Positions 29,730 through 42,800 of a DNA stretch of 64,000 nt are shown piece by piece. The DNA comes from Balanoglossus misakiensis. Taxonomy: Eukaryota; Animalia; Hemichordata. Location of the stretch: assembly GCA_040954595.2 (NCBI GenBank), contig CM082584.2, positions 11,996,875 through 12,060,874 of the forward strand, given 5' to 3'. A program made the translations under genes and the position numbers. A model generated the notes under the pieces. That model saw nothing but the letters and a program-made list of their open reading frames with translations, searched no databases and was not told the origin of the DNA. Each line of letters opens with the position of its first letter. The stretch's first letter is position 1.

Positions 29730-30109
29730 TGCCACAAGCACCTGTTAAGTCATGGCACATGGCATCAACCATGCTAGAATTAACTGTGGGTTTGACCCTG
29801 TATACCTTGAACCCTAATGGCCTATACATCATTCAGTTTTATTCCACAATTTTACTCCAAAATCCATTGAAGATAATAATAATAATACCATTCCGGCCAT
29901 GTGATTTCAGATTTTACTTTTTCAAGCGCAAACATGATTTTTTATATGTACATTTTGCTTGTTTTCAAGAGCTTTCATAAAACTACATTTGTGTGTCCAA
30001 ATAAAAAATGCCATTACTTTTCTTACATCTTGTGTTTTAATTCCTTTGCTGTATTCAATGCATGATTGTGTAAATAAATTTGGCTTCCTATAAATCAGAT
30101 ATCATCAAT

Positions 30110-30856
30110 TCATGCACTGTCACTGAAAAGTCCAGGAAACCAGAACAATTTTTCTGGTTTGGCCTGTTCATCCACCCAGGCAAGTCCTTCTTTGACCATG
30201 TAGTTGATTGCTAACTTGGCACGCTCATCCTCCCATCCTAACTGTTTCTTCATCTGTGAAATAGAGGTGTAGCCAGTGTCCTTTGCTGACTGCAGAACGC
30301 TTGTGTGGTCCATGTTCAGTTCTGCTGGCACGGACTGGACCAAGTAGTTGTTCCCATCTCCAACTTTCAGTAGGGTGAAGCCGTTCCCTAGAATTTTGAG
30401 TTTCTTGATAGCTCGCATCAAATCGTCCGCGCTGACGTCTTGCGCTTGTTTTGATTTCCCCCTGGTCGTCCTGACTTTGGTCAGGAGTTCGTTTAGATAC
30501 AGCAGTCCACCATTCCTGTGCTGTGTTGCCAGGCACACCTCGATAATCTGGACACCTAGTTCGTAGTAGAAATCACCAACACCAAGCATTTCTGACCAAA
30601 AGCCCTTATTAGAGGCTAACGGGTCAACACCGATAGTTGCACACATCTCTTGAAATTGAGTCCTGAATTCGGGATTCTTACGGATCTCGTTCTTGTGTTT
30701 CCCAGCAAAATCTTCCAGGTTTGTTCTGAAGGCTTCAAGTTGTTTTGACATCTGGGCAAGTTGATCTTCGGCTATGGAGGTCCCCTTGTCTTTGAATTTG
30801 GCCTCGGCAAGTCGCTTTTTATTGATCGCGCCGACCCCGCCTACTCTTCGATGCAT
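30110..30856 (-). CDS. SNF8: ESCRT-II subunit SNF8/VPS22/EAP30, single coding exon, 248 aa
   Basis: MHRRVGGVGAINKKRLAEAKFKDKG..., FQEMCATIGVDPLASNKGFWSEMLGVGDFYYELGVQIIEVCLA, LVQSVPAELNMDHT, EGLAWVDEQ...FWFPGLF all match SNF8. The ATG at 30856 is used instead of the upstream TTG in the ORF track. Confidence 0.97.
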   Translation of the reverse strand: MHRRVGGVGAINKKRLAEAKFKDKGTSIAEDQLAQMSKQLEAFRTNLEDFAGKHKNEIRKNPEFRTQFQEMCATIGVDPLASNKGFWSEMLGVGDFYYELGVQIIEVCLATQHRNGGLLYLNELLTKVRTTRGKSKQAQDVSADDLMRAIKKLKILGNGFTLLKVGDGNNYLVQSVPAELNMDHTSVLQSAKDTGYTSISQMKKQLGWEDERAKLAINYMVKEGLAWVDEQAKPEKLFWFPGLFSDSA

Positions 30857-31344
30857 TTTCAAGTCTTAAGTGATATTAAACCCGCACTTAAAAGGAAATG
30901 AACTGAGTAATACCAGTAAATATCTATGCCTCTTACCGCAGTGGAGCTTCCCCGGTGCAGGTACAGATAAAATGAACCTTGAAATTGTAGACTGTCTGTT
31001 CGTAGAAATGGGTTTGGCGCTCCTATTGTTACTAAGTCGCCTAAATTTAAAGAAAAATAATCTATAACATCAAGACAGCTCCTGTAAATGACATTGTCGT
31101 GATATTTTGTAAATTTACTGAATTAAATTAAATTTATTACAAACGTATCTGTTGTTGAATATACAGCGCTGTACGTCGAATAATAGCTCGCCCTCAACGG
31201 TGTATGTTATAGTAAGCGCTATCTCAATGACGTCACAGGGAAACATGGAAATGTAAACACACCTGTTGCCAGAAGAAGACTAGCGTCTATGACAACCATT
31301 TTTAACGCACTTTTATTTCTTTGACGGATCAAGGAGAACCCGAT
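30857..31344. promoter_or_regulatory. Bidirectional promoter region SNF8 / myristoylated Ubl gene with CRE, forkhead and X-box-like motifs
   Basis: 488 bp between divergent ATGs. TGACGTCA 31228-31235, GTAAACA 31253-31259, GTTGCC half-site 31265-31270, degenerate X-box GCGTCTATGACAAC 31283-31296. Confidence 0.55.
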
Positions 31345-32817
31345 ATGGGTTCCGGGGTTAGCAAAGATCTAACAGTCGGTTTGCCAGTAAGTCCCCGAGC
31401 GGAGTTTGCCGAAAAGAATGCCCCCAAAGGGGCACAGGTAAGCGATCAACACTCTGGCAATGCATTAGCCTGCAATTGGATACATTGTTGCATACACTGT
31501 ATCAATCTTAAGTAACAAAAGTGACACTACAACTATAATGGAGCACCGATTAAAGAACTAAATGTTTTCTTTTTTCCCCAACTGTCCTCAGCCATTACTT
31601 ATCGATACCCCAGCCCTGATTGACCTTGGCCATGGCACTGTTAGATATAGAATTGGACAAGGCAATGAGAAGAAGCCAGAGCCTAAGAAGGCAAAAGCAG
31701 GGTATTTCTACCATCCAAGATTGGATGATTACAGTGAAGGTGAGAGACATGAAATTCTGGGATGGTAAAATCACCACGAAACACCTTTGATTTTATTTTT
31801 CATGTCATATATCCTGATCTTAAAATAGTTGTAGTAATTATCTTTTCCTGTTCAATATACAGAGGCTAGTGAACGACCAGAGGACAACTTCAAGTACCAG
31901 TATGTCTACAGAGCTCCCCCAAAGACAAGAGGGAAGAAACTATTCTATGTTTACGGCATCGGCTTAAACTCAGAGGATCAAGCAAAAATGGTCAAGAAAC
32001 CATATTACAGACCTAAAGGCAAAGGATACTTATGGCCAAGCTCCTTCAGGAAATCCAATCATGTTTATTACGAAGTTAATTTTATAGAACAAGGTAAGGA
32101 GTCATGAGAATGTGTAACAACTTTACCTTTTGCCACAATTGATGTACCCTCTAGGCTATATACACTACTGAGGCAGTGGCACTGGGACTGGCCACTGGCT
32201 TAGCTCAAGTTTCATCCATATTTGGCCATTGGTGGCGCTAAATTCAGTGTTTTGTCCAATAACATCTTAGTATATTCTTCCTTTTGACAGAGGCTGAACT
32301 GATGGATGCTGATAGTGACAGTGAGGATGCTAATGAGAGTGCTGAGCACAGGGATAACATCAGGTATTAGTCAGTCTGCAATTTTACCCATCTGCCATTG
32401 CTTTAGTCACCTGTTGCTATTTCCATATTAACACTATCACACCTGTAATCATGTTTTTATTTGCCTCCACACGCTTCATCGTCAGGTTTAATCTGAGAGA
32501 CAGTGACACAGTCGAGAAATTGAAGAAGAGGGTATCTGTGAGACTTCTTGTACCAGTGTCGAATGTACATCTGAGTTATCAGGAAGTAGAGCTCAGGTGA
32601 GTCCAAGCTTTGGTGCAGTTTTTGACAACATGTCTAAATTGGCCTATCAGTAACTTGCAAGTCAATCTAAGCCATTCATACATTTTTACAAAGTGCTCTT
32701 TTTTTAACGACTATCTTTGAATATTTCTGTTTCAGCAATGACGACATCATCGGAAACTTGCGAACCGAAGAGCTGGGAAGCTTCAAAAGATTTACAATAG
32801 AACTACAGGCAGTGTAG
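31345..32817 (+). CDS. Uncharacterised ~245-aa protein with N-myristoylation motif and C-terminal ubiquitin-like domain
   Basis: Six phase-compatible GT-AG exons (31345-31437, 31592-31739, 31863-32093, 32291-32363, 32486-32596, 32736-32817; 738 nt). Starts MGSGVSK. The C-terminal FNLRDSDTVEKLKKRVSVRLLVPVSNVHLSYQEVELSNDDIIGNL resembles ubiquitin's [40 protein letters not shown]. Confidence 0.75.
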
Positions 32818-33837
32818 AACTTTACAGACGTCCAACCAGAATTAGACTTGAGAAAAAATACTAATGATTATTCTTTGCCGTCCGAGATGAGATTTCACTT
32901 TTATGAGGCACCATCTGGTGATCATGAAAAATTTGAGAATACATAGTACTTGTATGGCATTTTAACACAGTCCCTTGCAAAAATTCTGAATCATGCAAAA
33001 AGAAAAACAATTCATCTTCGTCGAGTTTTCATGGTGGTAATTAACAAAGAGCTTTTATCATCCATTCTAGGGAATAACTTCTATCAGAGAGAACACTCCA
33101 ATGTCTAATGTCTTTTACTAGAAATGTTTAAAGAGTAATATATATTGTCTTCATCATTTTTGTACAAGCCTCTGATTTCACTTACATGTGTAATTTTAAT
33201 TTGTTTTTCATATCACATTTTTATACTTTTTTTAATATGAATGAAATAAAACAAAAATACTGTAATAAAAAAAGCAGCAGCCAGCTTGTTTACTTGAGGC
33301 GTGAGTTTTGTATGGATGTGTATTTATTTAAGCCAATAGGATTATAGAATCTTACACTTCCAAGGACCTGGGTTGATCCATCCAATCAGCGCTCGCGTCG
33401 TATACAGCTTACGATTCTGTAAGAGTGTTGGATCAATTTCTTCTCACACTGATCCCACACACAAAATAACACAAAAAATGTCTTGTATCGAACATAATTA
33501 ATGGAAAAAAGGGCAGCAAGAGAGAGACTTGTCCCTTTAAACCAGTTCAAGTATGGTGAACACAGGGTGATTTTATTGCAAAGTACACAGGAATATAAAT
33601 GCAATATTTATACAGAAGTAATCAGATGGTTGTCAGATGAATATACTACATATAATACAATCTACTGATCAGGTACACGAGGCCACCATCTCTATCAACC
33701 AGATTTCAAATTTACAATTATTCCTCGTTAAAAAATATCTGGACGGTACAGGGAAAGGTTTCGTCAAGCCAACATCAGTTTAGGAATGTTTATGTATAAA
33801 ATTAATTATAAGCATATGGTTACTGCACAGGGGTATC

Positions 33838-36800
33838 TCAATCCACTGCTGTTTTCAGACTATGTGAATCAATGTCAGCTGTGGTTACCACACTTCCTGT
33901 GGTGAAGATGGCCTTGAAATCCTACAATGACGAAAAAAAGCAATATAAATTATAATTACAGAATTGTTTTTTGAGGGATAGAAAATTATTTGGAAAATTA
34001 ACAGAGTGGCCCGAAGGCTGCTACATGATAATGCAACAACAGTGAAATTTAAATCTTTGCTCATAAAAAAAGGAATTCTGGGATTTTGTACTTACCGGGG
34101 TTTTGTATCTCTTGCACATCTGCAGACAATCCTGTATGATTGGATGTTCAATCAAAGTCATAAACAGCACAGGCTGGCTGCTGTCGCTGCCTAGGTCCTG
34201 GTAAACCCCTGCCATGCGTTCCTTGGAAAAGGTGTCCTGGGGGTCAGAGGTCACGCTGAACCGGTGGCTGTCGCCGAGGCGAGGCTGTCCATGATGAAGA
34301 ACCTGAAGTGGTAAACATGGCAGGAGGAAAGTTTGAGTTAGATGTGTGAGGAAATATCAACCACATAATTTGGCTGGTAAAGTGTCTGAAATCAGTAAAT
34401 AAATATGCAGTGAAATACACTCACGATATTCAGTGCTTCTAACGGTACTTTAGCGCTGATGGCCGACTCTGGGATGTCTTCCGTTAGCTGTGCTGGTTCT
34501 TCGCCAAGTGGCTCATCAAGTTTGAGTTCACTGTCACCAACATCGTCCTTCATTGCATCAACAACCTATAAACCAAACACAACGTGGTTTTAGTGTCTGA
34601 CTGTGGCCTCTAACACAATTTGGTGGGCTGTGATCAATCTGAGAGAGGTCGATCCAAGATTAAACAAATTTCACTCTGACAGTGCCAAAAGATCTGATGG
34701 CCTCTCTTTCATTTCTTTCTTTCATCACAGGCCAAAACCATCTCACAACTGATATGGCAGACCCGTACATCCCCACTCCCACACACATCAATCTCTCACC
34801 TCTTTCATCATTTGCAGTTTTTCTTTCTGTGACTGGTCCAACTCTGGCTCCTCTTTCTTGGGTCTTGGCATGTGAGTGCCAGACGCTACACTGAGTGCTC
34901 GGTAGAACCCAATCTGATAGTCTGGGTCAATGGCATAGTATAACAGCTGAAAAAAATTACCACAGTAAACAAAAAATTTTGTTGTTCCAGCCAGTGTCAT
35001 TTTGAAAGAAATGGTGTCATTGATACTAATGGTAGCATTTTCAAAACTTTGAAATTTGAGTACTCGATCTCGATTTTGAACTAACCATATTGACATAGTC
35101 TAACATTGGTGGCGCTGTGTCCAAGTCAGCAAAGATATCAAAGAGTAATTTCTGGACATTGCCAGTTCTGTCAAAGGCATACGGTTCTGATGGGCTTTCT
35201 GGGGAAGGTGGGGGTGCTTCCTGTCCATACCAAAGCTCAACCTGCATTTGGGTGGAGAAGAAAAAAAAGTTTAGGTTTTCAGATTAACTCCGTAGTAGAT
35301 TAAACATTTGGAGAAGTTTCATCTTGCATATAAAGCAATTATTTTTATCTGCCAACCTACCTGTTCGAACTGCTGTCTGTTGACCTGTCCTGTCCCCAGT
35401 GTATCAACAGCTTTGAATTTCTCCAGTGTTTCCAGCAGCTGTGCCTGGGTTGGCTGCGGCCAGGGATGGGTGCACTGCAGCAGGAATGTTCTGAAGTCGA
35501 TGTACTCAGAGTCTGGTGACAACTGAGATGAAACTTGCTCCAACTGAAACAAACAAGTATCGACAATAAAGATCAGATCTTAATACACAGAAAGGGTTTA
35601 TATTATTAAACTAGCTGTTCATCTTCACCCTTACCCTCACCAAATTACTGCCTCTGTCCACAACAACAGAGTTAGACCACGGCTTAGAGGTAAATATGGG
35701 GTTGTGTGATGGAAAATAAAAAAGATTGCTGACCTGAGATGGTGTTGCGTTCATCCACATATCAGGCAAAGCCTCCATACCATGCTGTGAAAACAAAGTA
35801 ATGAGAAATGTGAATGTATTTATCTTTGGTTTAAAATGTGTAACATAATAAGCAATTTACAGATCATCCTCTCATCGACCTAAAACTGATCAAAGTCAAG
35901 GACAAGATACTCACAGTCAATGCAGTCAGGTCTGACATGGTATCGATGAATCCTTGGTTGGAGATAAAACCTGATGGTGCTGTCTTCAGGAACTGCTTCC
36001 GCAAGTTCTTCATCTGGTCCACCGTGAAGATGTCCGGACAGATCTGCTCCACTGGTGAGGGTCTGGGAGGAGGACTTGGGGTACGGAATACCCGGACACC
36101 CTGTGGGGGGAAAGGGGGGGGGGGTGATGAAGTGTTATGTTGATGAGTAAAAACATATCATACTGGGACAAATTTAACAATGATAAATGAAATATTCTCC
36201 CTACCTCCTCAATTAAGAACTCTTTCTGATGAATAATCAGTTTCTGTTTGATCTTCTGTCGACTCTCGACTGCTTCGCGGGCAATAACGCATAATTCATC
36301 AATGCTAAAAAAACAAGAAAAGATAATAAAGTTATTAATGATAACACCAATAAAGATGAACTGACAAACTGACAACACACGACTATATTATGGTTCATCC
36401 CCAATGTTTTTAATGGTACATGGACATTTATATGTTTCAAAACAAGGGAACGGGTTGACAAATGGCAAGCAATAAATACTGTACTCTGAACTCTAATTTT
36501 TGCCATGGTTACCTTTGGATTTCTGCCTGGAATCTAGCTCCCAGCCAATCATTCATGTCTGTGTACACGCCTTCGGATTTTCCCTTCAACTCTTGCAAGA
36601 CCTGAATACCGTGTATTCGGATCAAATCAAGACGAGTCTTCACAGCAGATTCTATACATACACGTAGTAGGATAAAATACTGTTAAGATTGTACATGTCA
36701 TTGACAAGTTCACTATATCAGAACAGAAATCATCCAGTGATGCTACACACATACAACTCTACAAACTGACCTTCTTCTGCTATGGCAGCAAAATATTCCT

Positions 36801-39800
36801 GTTTCATCTTCTCCTTCAATTCCTTCTTGGCCTTCTCTTCAGGACTTTCCTCTGAAAATACAACAAAAATTCAAAAATTAAACTTTATATTAAACTACAT
36901 GGCCCAGAGATAATTGCTAAATTCTTCAGAGTATATCTGTCACAGATTATGCAATGAACTCTGATCATGTCACTATTCTCTCTTTAATCTCAACACTGAC
37001 CTGGTGGAGGAGTAGGTGCAGGTTCAGCAGAGGGAGCCCTCTTGCCTTTCTTCGGCGACTTGGGCGATTTAGATCGAGCTCTGGGAGAAGCCCCGCCCGG
37101 ACTCTTGCCTCTCTTCCCAGTAGGACTCTTCTTTCCTCCCGGACTTTTCCCTCTCTTTCCGCCTTTCTTTCCAGCTGCTGCTGCCTTCTCTTTTTCCTTC
37201 TCCTTTTCCAGTTCTTTCTGCCTCTCTGCTTCTTCTTCAGCATCCTTGGCAGCTTGTTCGGCAGCAGCCTGGAAAAATGTGAGAGCATTAAACGAAAAAC
37301 GGAAATCAGTGACTGAAAACCCGGCCATCACTGAGAGTCTGTGGCACAGTTCATGGGGAAGCTATACTGTCTCAAAATGGAGGCTGACAGCAGAAAGCAG
37401 CAATCAGGGGAAAATACCAACTCAAACAAACAGAACCAAGACAAAACAGGGAACATAAAACAATAATTGAGAAATGTCACCATGTCTACCCCTCAATGTT
37501 TTTTTATTTCCCACAATCTTTTCCCTCCAACTTTCAAAAAACCTTACATTCAATAATTAATTATAACCTTACAACGAATTAACATTTGTACCCTCTTTTG
37601 CAATTAGACTGACACCAACATGGAAGTCCACCTCCCAGTGGTGTCTCTTCTAGACTAGAATATATTTATCAAAAAGGGTGGAAAATTTAACAAAACTTAA
37701 CACTGTTATCGTTACCACCACAGTAAGGGGAAATTGTTGTAAAAGAAACTTAGGTGGTATTCTGTGCAGTATCAATGATGATATGCATGTGCATGCATGT
37801 TCTCTGATTTGCCCGTATAAACACATGCGGGAACAGCTATGAATGAAGTAGTCAAGGCTCTAGACACACTTGTGCACTACATCTCATTTACAAGTCAGAT
37901 TGCGATCACAGCCACAGTGCACAGAACAGAGTCTAGAGTCTCGAATCTAACTGCAGCTCCATGCAATGAAGGGATATTTTTACTGCCTCAATCCCATGCT
38001 TATCACCATGAAACACAGAACACAACAATGATAAAAAAAACATTCTGCGGTGACCAAACACACAATTTATGCTTTACTTAAAACACAGTCCTTAAAACAA
38101 GCATGCAAAGCTATAAACTTTACTTTAAGAACACACAAACACAAGAGCTCCAAGTATCAAACCAGGAAGCACTATTATTTCTCGGTGACATAAAACAGCA
38201 AATTTGATCAATAAATGACTGTGGTGGTAGTTGGAACCCCTGTGTTCTTTTGTACAACGATATATACACATATTCATGCACTTACCAGATAGCATCGTAT
38301 GCAGTCACTTGACTAAATTAGTGTGCAAGCATTAATTGGACACAAGACAACGGAAAAAGACAGACAAAGACAGTGGTGAAATACGAATACACCAAAAAGT
38401 GCAATTACGAAAAATCAAAATCACATCAGGAAGTAAGTCATGAGAGAAATTGAAAAGAGAGTTACACATTCCAGATGCAAAATGTTTTGGTTTGTTTTTG
38501 ACAAAAAAGATTTTCCCATAAACGAGAACTCATGGGATGAGGATCTTTAATTTAACTTTTTTAAAAACATGCTAGTTCATTTTTGTCATTTTTTGCATAA
38601 CAACAATTGCTGTTGAAGAAAAACGATGTTTCAGTGGGAAAGTGTACTAGGACACCAGAATTTTTTTACAGTATAAAGCCAGACACATCATTATATTCTT
38701 TAAAAATGTAAATGAACAACTAGACAAACATTGCCCAGTGATGCATTCTCCACACCAGCGATCAATTTCATTATCTACACCATAGATTTATGAGACAATT
38801 TTAGCGGCCAATGATCAAAGCAATCCCTGCTGTACCCTAAAAACAAAACAACAATTTGCCCGGTGATCGACCTTTTAACTAAGAAAGCAGAAAAGCTGAC
38901 CCTAAAAAAGCATGTTCTCAGAAATCAAATGTATGATTGTTGTTAGATGGTTAGTCTTGCAGTGGTGCGACAACTGTGGTTACAGTGAAAAGTCGGTAGA
39001 GTTGTTGACACCCAAATCTCACACACTGTGTAAAACAGGACAAATTGCAAACATGCTTACCATTTCTGTCACTTTGTAGACAGCAAAGTTATGTGCTTCA
39101 AAGAGAATCTATCAGGGAAAGAAAACAAGTACATGTAATCAGATGTTTCAACATTTTACGGCTAAGCAATTAACCTATTGTCTCATCAATACATGTACTT
39201 CTCAGTACATCTACACTCTTCCACCATAAAAAAGCAAGGAGTCACCATCACAGAATCCCACACATCCTAAAAAAACTCACCCTTTCATCGGGATCACTGG
39301 GTGGCTGAGGAGTTTCCTGACTATCATCCAGCATTCCAGCGCCACCCTTCTCCTTCTCCTTTTCCTTCTTTCCTGCACGGCTCTTGTTTCCTTTGTCTCC
39401 CTTACCAGCGGAAGCCTGAAGTGGGAAGAATCCCTCCGACGAGGTTGGGCGTCGAGGGACAAGCGGAATTCTGGAAAAGCAGGAAAGAGGAAATGAATAT
39501 CCCTATACAGTAAGATATGCTTTCATAAGGGCAGGATTATAATTTACACAACTTTGCAGAGTTGAAAACAATTTTCAAATCACTACAGAACAGCCCAATG
39601 ATGCAAGTAGCCACGGCAATGAGTAGATTCTTACCTCGATTTCTTCTCATCGTCATGATCTTCATCATCATCGTCTTTGCCTTTCTTTCCTTTAGCTGAG
39701 GTCTGCGATGGTGTCTGTGGCAACCCGGACTCGCTGCCGGTCACACTTTTGGCTGACTCCGGTCGTTCGGTCACCGGCAGCTCTATCAGTGGTATTCTGG

Positions 39801-42800
39801 CGTACTCTTCATTCAGTTCATCAGGTATTTTGCCTTCCATGCCGTTATAGTAATCTCGCAGCAGACGTAGAGTGTCTTGGTATCTATCAATTTCACTCTG
39901 TTACATTAACAATAACGGAACAAGAGAGTTATCAGCTTGACAATATAGCAAGCACGCATCAAAGAGGGAAAAATACTATTTTTTGTCTGAATTTAACATC
40001 ACAAAGTCCCCAGGCTGAAAATTTTGCCAATAATATTAACCTTTTGCCCCATATCCCTTGTAAATGGTTCCAAAGTACCCTATGTATCAACTGGACAAGG
40101 TGACTTGTTTGTTTACCTGCATCAATGTAACATAGTGGTTTGTTAGTAAGCCCATTCTGTCCTCTAACCATCCTTCCTCCATCACCATTTTCCTCTCATT
40201 CTCCGCATCTTCTTTTCGGGTGTCACAGATATCCCATAATTTTTCTTTAAGATCCTGTTCACGAAGGGGGGGGGGGGGAAATGAAAACAAAAGATTCAGG
40301 TTGTTTCAGTTTGAGCCACTTATGGTAATGCTCTGAAATGGTAGCAGCTTCCTTGGAAGCCAGAGATATTTCCCAAATGCAAGTGTGGCACTAGTCTGAG
40401 ATACATGCATGCGAGCGTTGTTTTCAAATGCCTTCATCAAATCAACGAAACAAAGGAAATCTTCACCTCAATTCTTTTATGCAACTCCGCTTTCGTCTCT
40501 TCGTCCTCTCTCATATCATCCGGGACTTCGTTGTAATCATTCTGCCACTGTGTTACAAACTCCTGCTTTATATCCGGCCTCTTCAGGAAATCCGCAAAGA
40601 CGTTGCGGATCCTGTGGAAGTAGCGGTAAATGTTCTCGCGTTCTCCACGCACTGCACGGAATACGTGCTTGCTGCAGTTGATGTAGGATGACTCCACAGT
40701 TTCCCAGTGTGGGGCCAAGATATGCGCCAGCTCCTACAAGAGACAGAACCACAATAATTGAGTATGTAGGAAAATAATGTTACTAACGGCTGAATGCCAC
40801 GATTACTATTTTTTCTCACAGCCCTAGCTGAAAGGTACAAGAATATGGATCCTACTAACCGGATCGATAGCCTCATCCACATATTCCCAGTCTTCTGATC
40901 CGGGCTGCGGTGGTGGGGGACCAGGTGGCTCCAGGGGTTCCGGTTCTGGCTCTGGTTCCGGGGTCTTGGATTTCCTTCCAGACTTCCCTCTCTTTGGAGA
41001 TTTGGATTTTTCTCTCTTGGGAGATCCTGGATTTTGTGATTCACAGAGTAAGCATAAGTCAGTTATCATTATGGTTTGATGCAGTGTTGGTGTTAATTGC
41101 ACTGTTAGTGTTTATGATCTATACTTATGTCAATGTGTTATGTTTTTTTGTGCAGGGTGTTAAAATTCCATCTTTCCTGTTAATGCCTCTTTTTGAAGAA
41201 AAGAATTGGGATTTTTTTGTTTGCCGTGTGAGTACAGCAGAGATGCATATAACTCCAGTGGTTAATGTGTAAAGCTTGCTTGTGTCAATTGTTAGGTTTG
41301 GATTTGAGGGTTGATTGTGGTATGTGGTTGTTATGCTTGGAAGTTAGAAGTGAGAATGTGATTTTACACGCAAAGGCTTTAAAAGTAGAGTTGGTTTTCT
41401 ATGTGGTCAACCATATCACCCCAGAATTCCTGCACAGTGCGATTTTTCTTGTCTCGCCATGGGCAGATGTGATCTACGGTGTTCTCACTAAATGTCACTT
41501 TTCACAGACAACTGACAGGTACGTTGCCTATTCTTTTCTGTGAGGCAGGACAACTGGGGCGAACAGGTTAAGTGGTATAGGTAGACTGATGTGCTTAGGA
41601 ACCGCAGCTTGCATTGCGTGTGACACCAACTTACGTGACTTCTTTCCTTTAGCTTTGTCTTTTCCTTTGTCTGCTGAGGTACGTGCATGCATTGTGGGGG
41701 GTAGGCGGTACAAGAACAGGGTTAAAATACAAATACAGGGCGGGATACATTAAAGGTAAAAACCACACAGCAACAAGGGTAAAGGGTGGGGCAGCAACAC
41801 CACACAACACAGAGCAGATAGACCTTTATAGCTATACAAGTCATCAGAATGATGTATGTGCACTAAAATGCAGAATCACTTAGATTTTTATCAATATTTT
41901 CCACAACAACAAAATAGAGCCAGTACATCCTTAATTGTCATTTGGCAGACACACATTCAGTGGATGGTGCATATTCTGTGTATAAAACTATGAACTATGT
42001 GTACAGTTTGACAGAGTGACAGGGCAGTCCTGCCAAAAGATAAAACACTTTATTTATAATACACAAAGTGTGAATACTATTATTGTCAAAGTAGCAAAAT
42101 CCTACAGGTCAGTAAGAAATAGTTGAGTGTGCATACAAAATGTTTCATATAAGCCACAAGTATGTGCATTTATCAACATGTAGTGCTTGTCAAGACACAT
42201 TCAAAATTTACCAATGTGACTTTGACATCTGGCCCATTACTACTGCATCAATACAAAGTCTTCAAACCTAGATACAGTTTCGTACAGTCCAGATATATAC
42301 GGCCAAATTCCAAGTCAACATTTCAATACATCAGTGCATCAACTTACCCTTTCGGTCACCAGACGGCGTTCTCTTGGGACTACCGGCACGTTTAGGGCTG
42401 GCACTACCACTCCGTTTCCCCTTACCACTTCCCTTTGGCGAGCCTTCTCTCTTGGGTGATCCTGTCCTCTTCGGGGAACCTCCCCTCTTTGGAGATCCTC
42501 CTCTTTTGGGGGAGCCACCCCTCTTGGGAGAACCTGTATAACAGTGAATCAATGCTTATTCACATGGAACATTAACCAAACATTTTCCTTCAACATCCCT
42601 GCAAACAGTTCAGTAAAAGTATTACTAACGAAAGACTAGATCAAGTTAAAAAGGTACAAATGCATTCACTTACCACCTCGAGAGCCTTTCTTGGAGCTTG
42701 GTCTATCAACGCTTGCCTGAAATGAACCACAATGGTTGATGAAGGCAATATTAACACAATGTATACACATGGTACGCCAAATATCAAAATGACAATTCTG

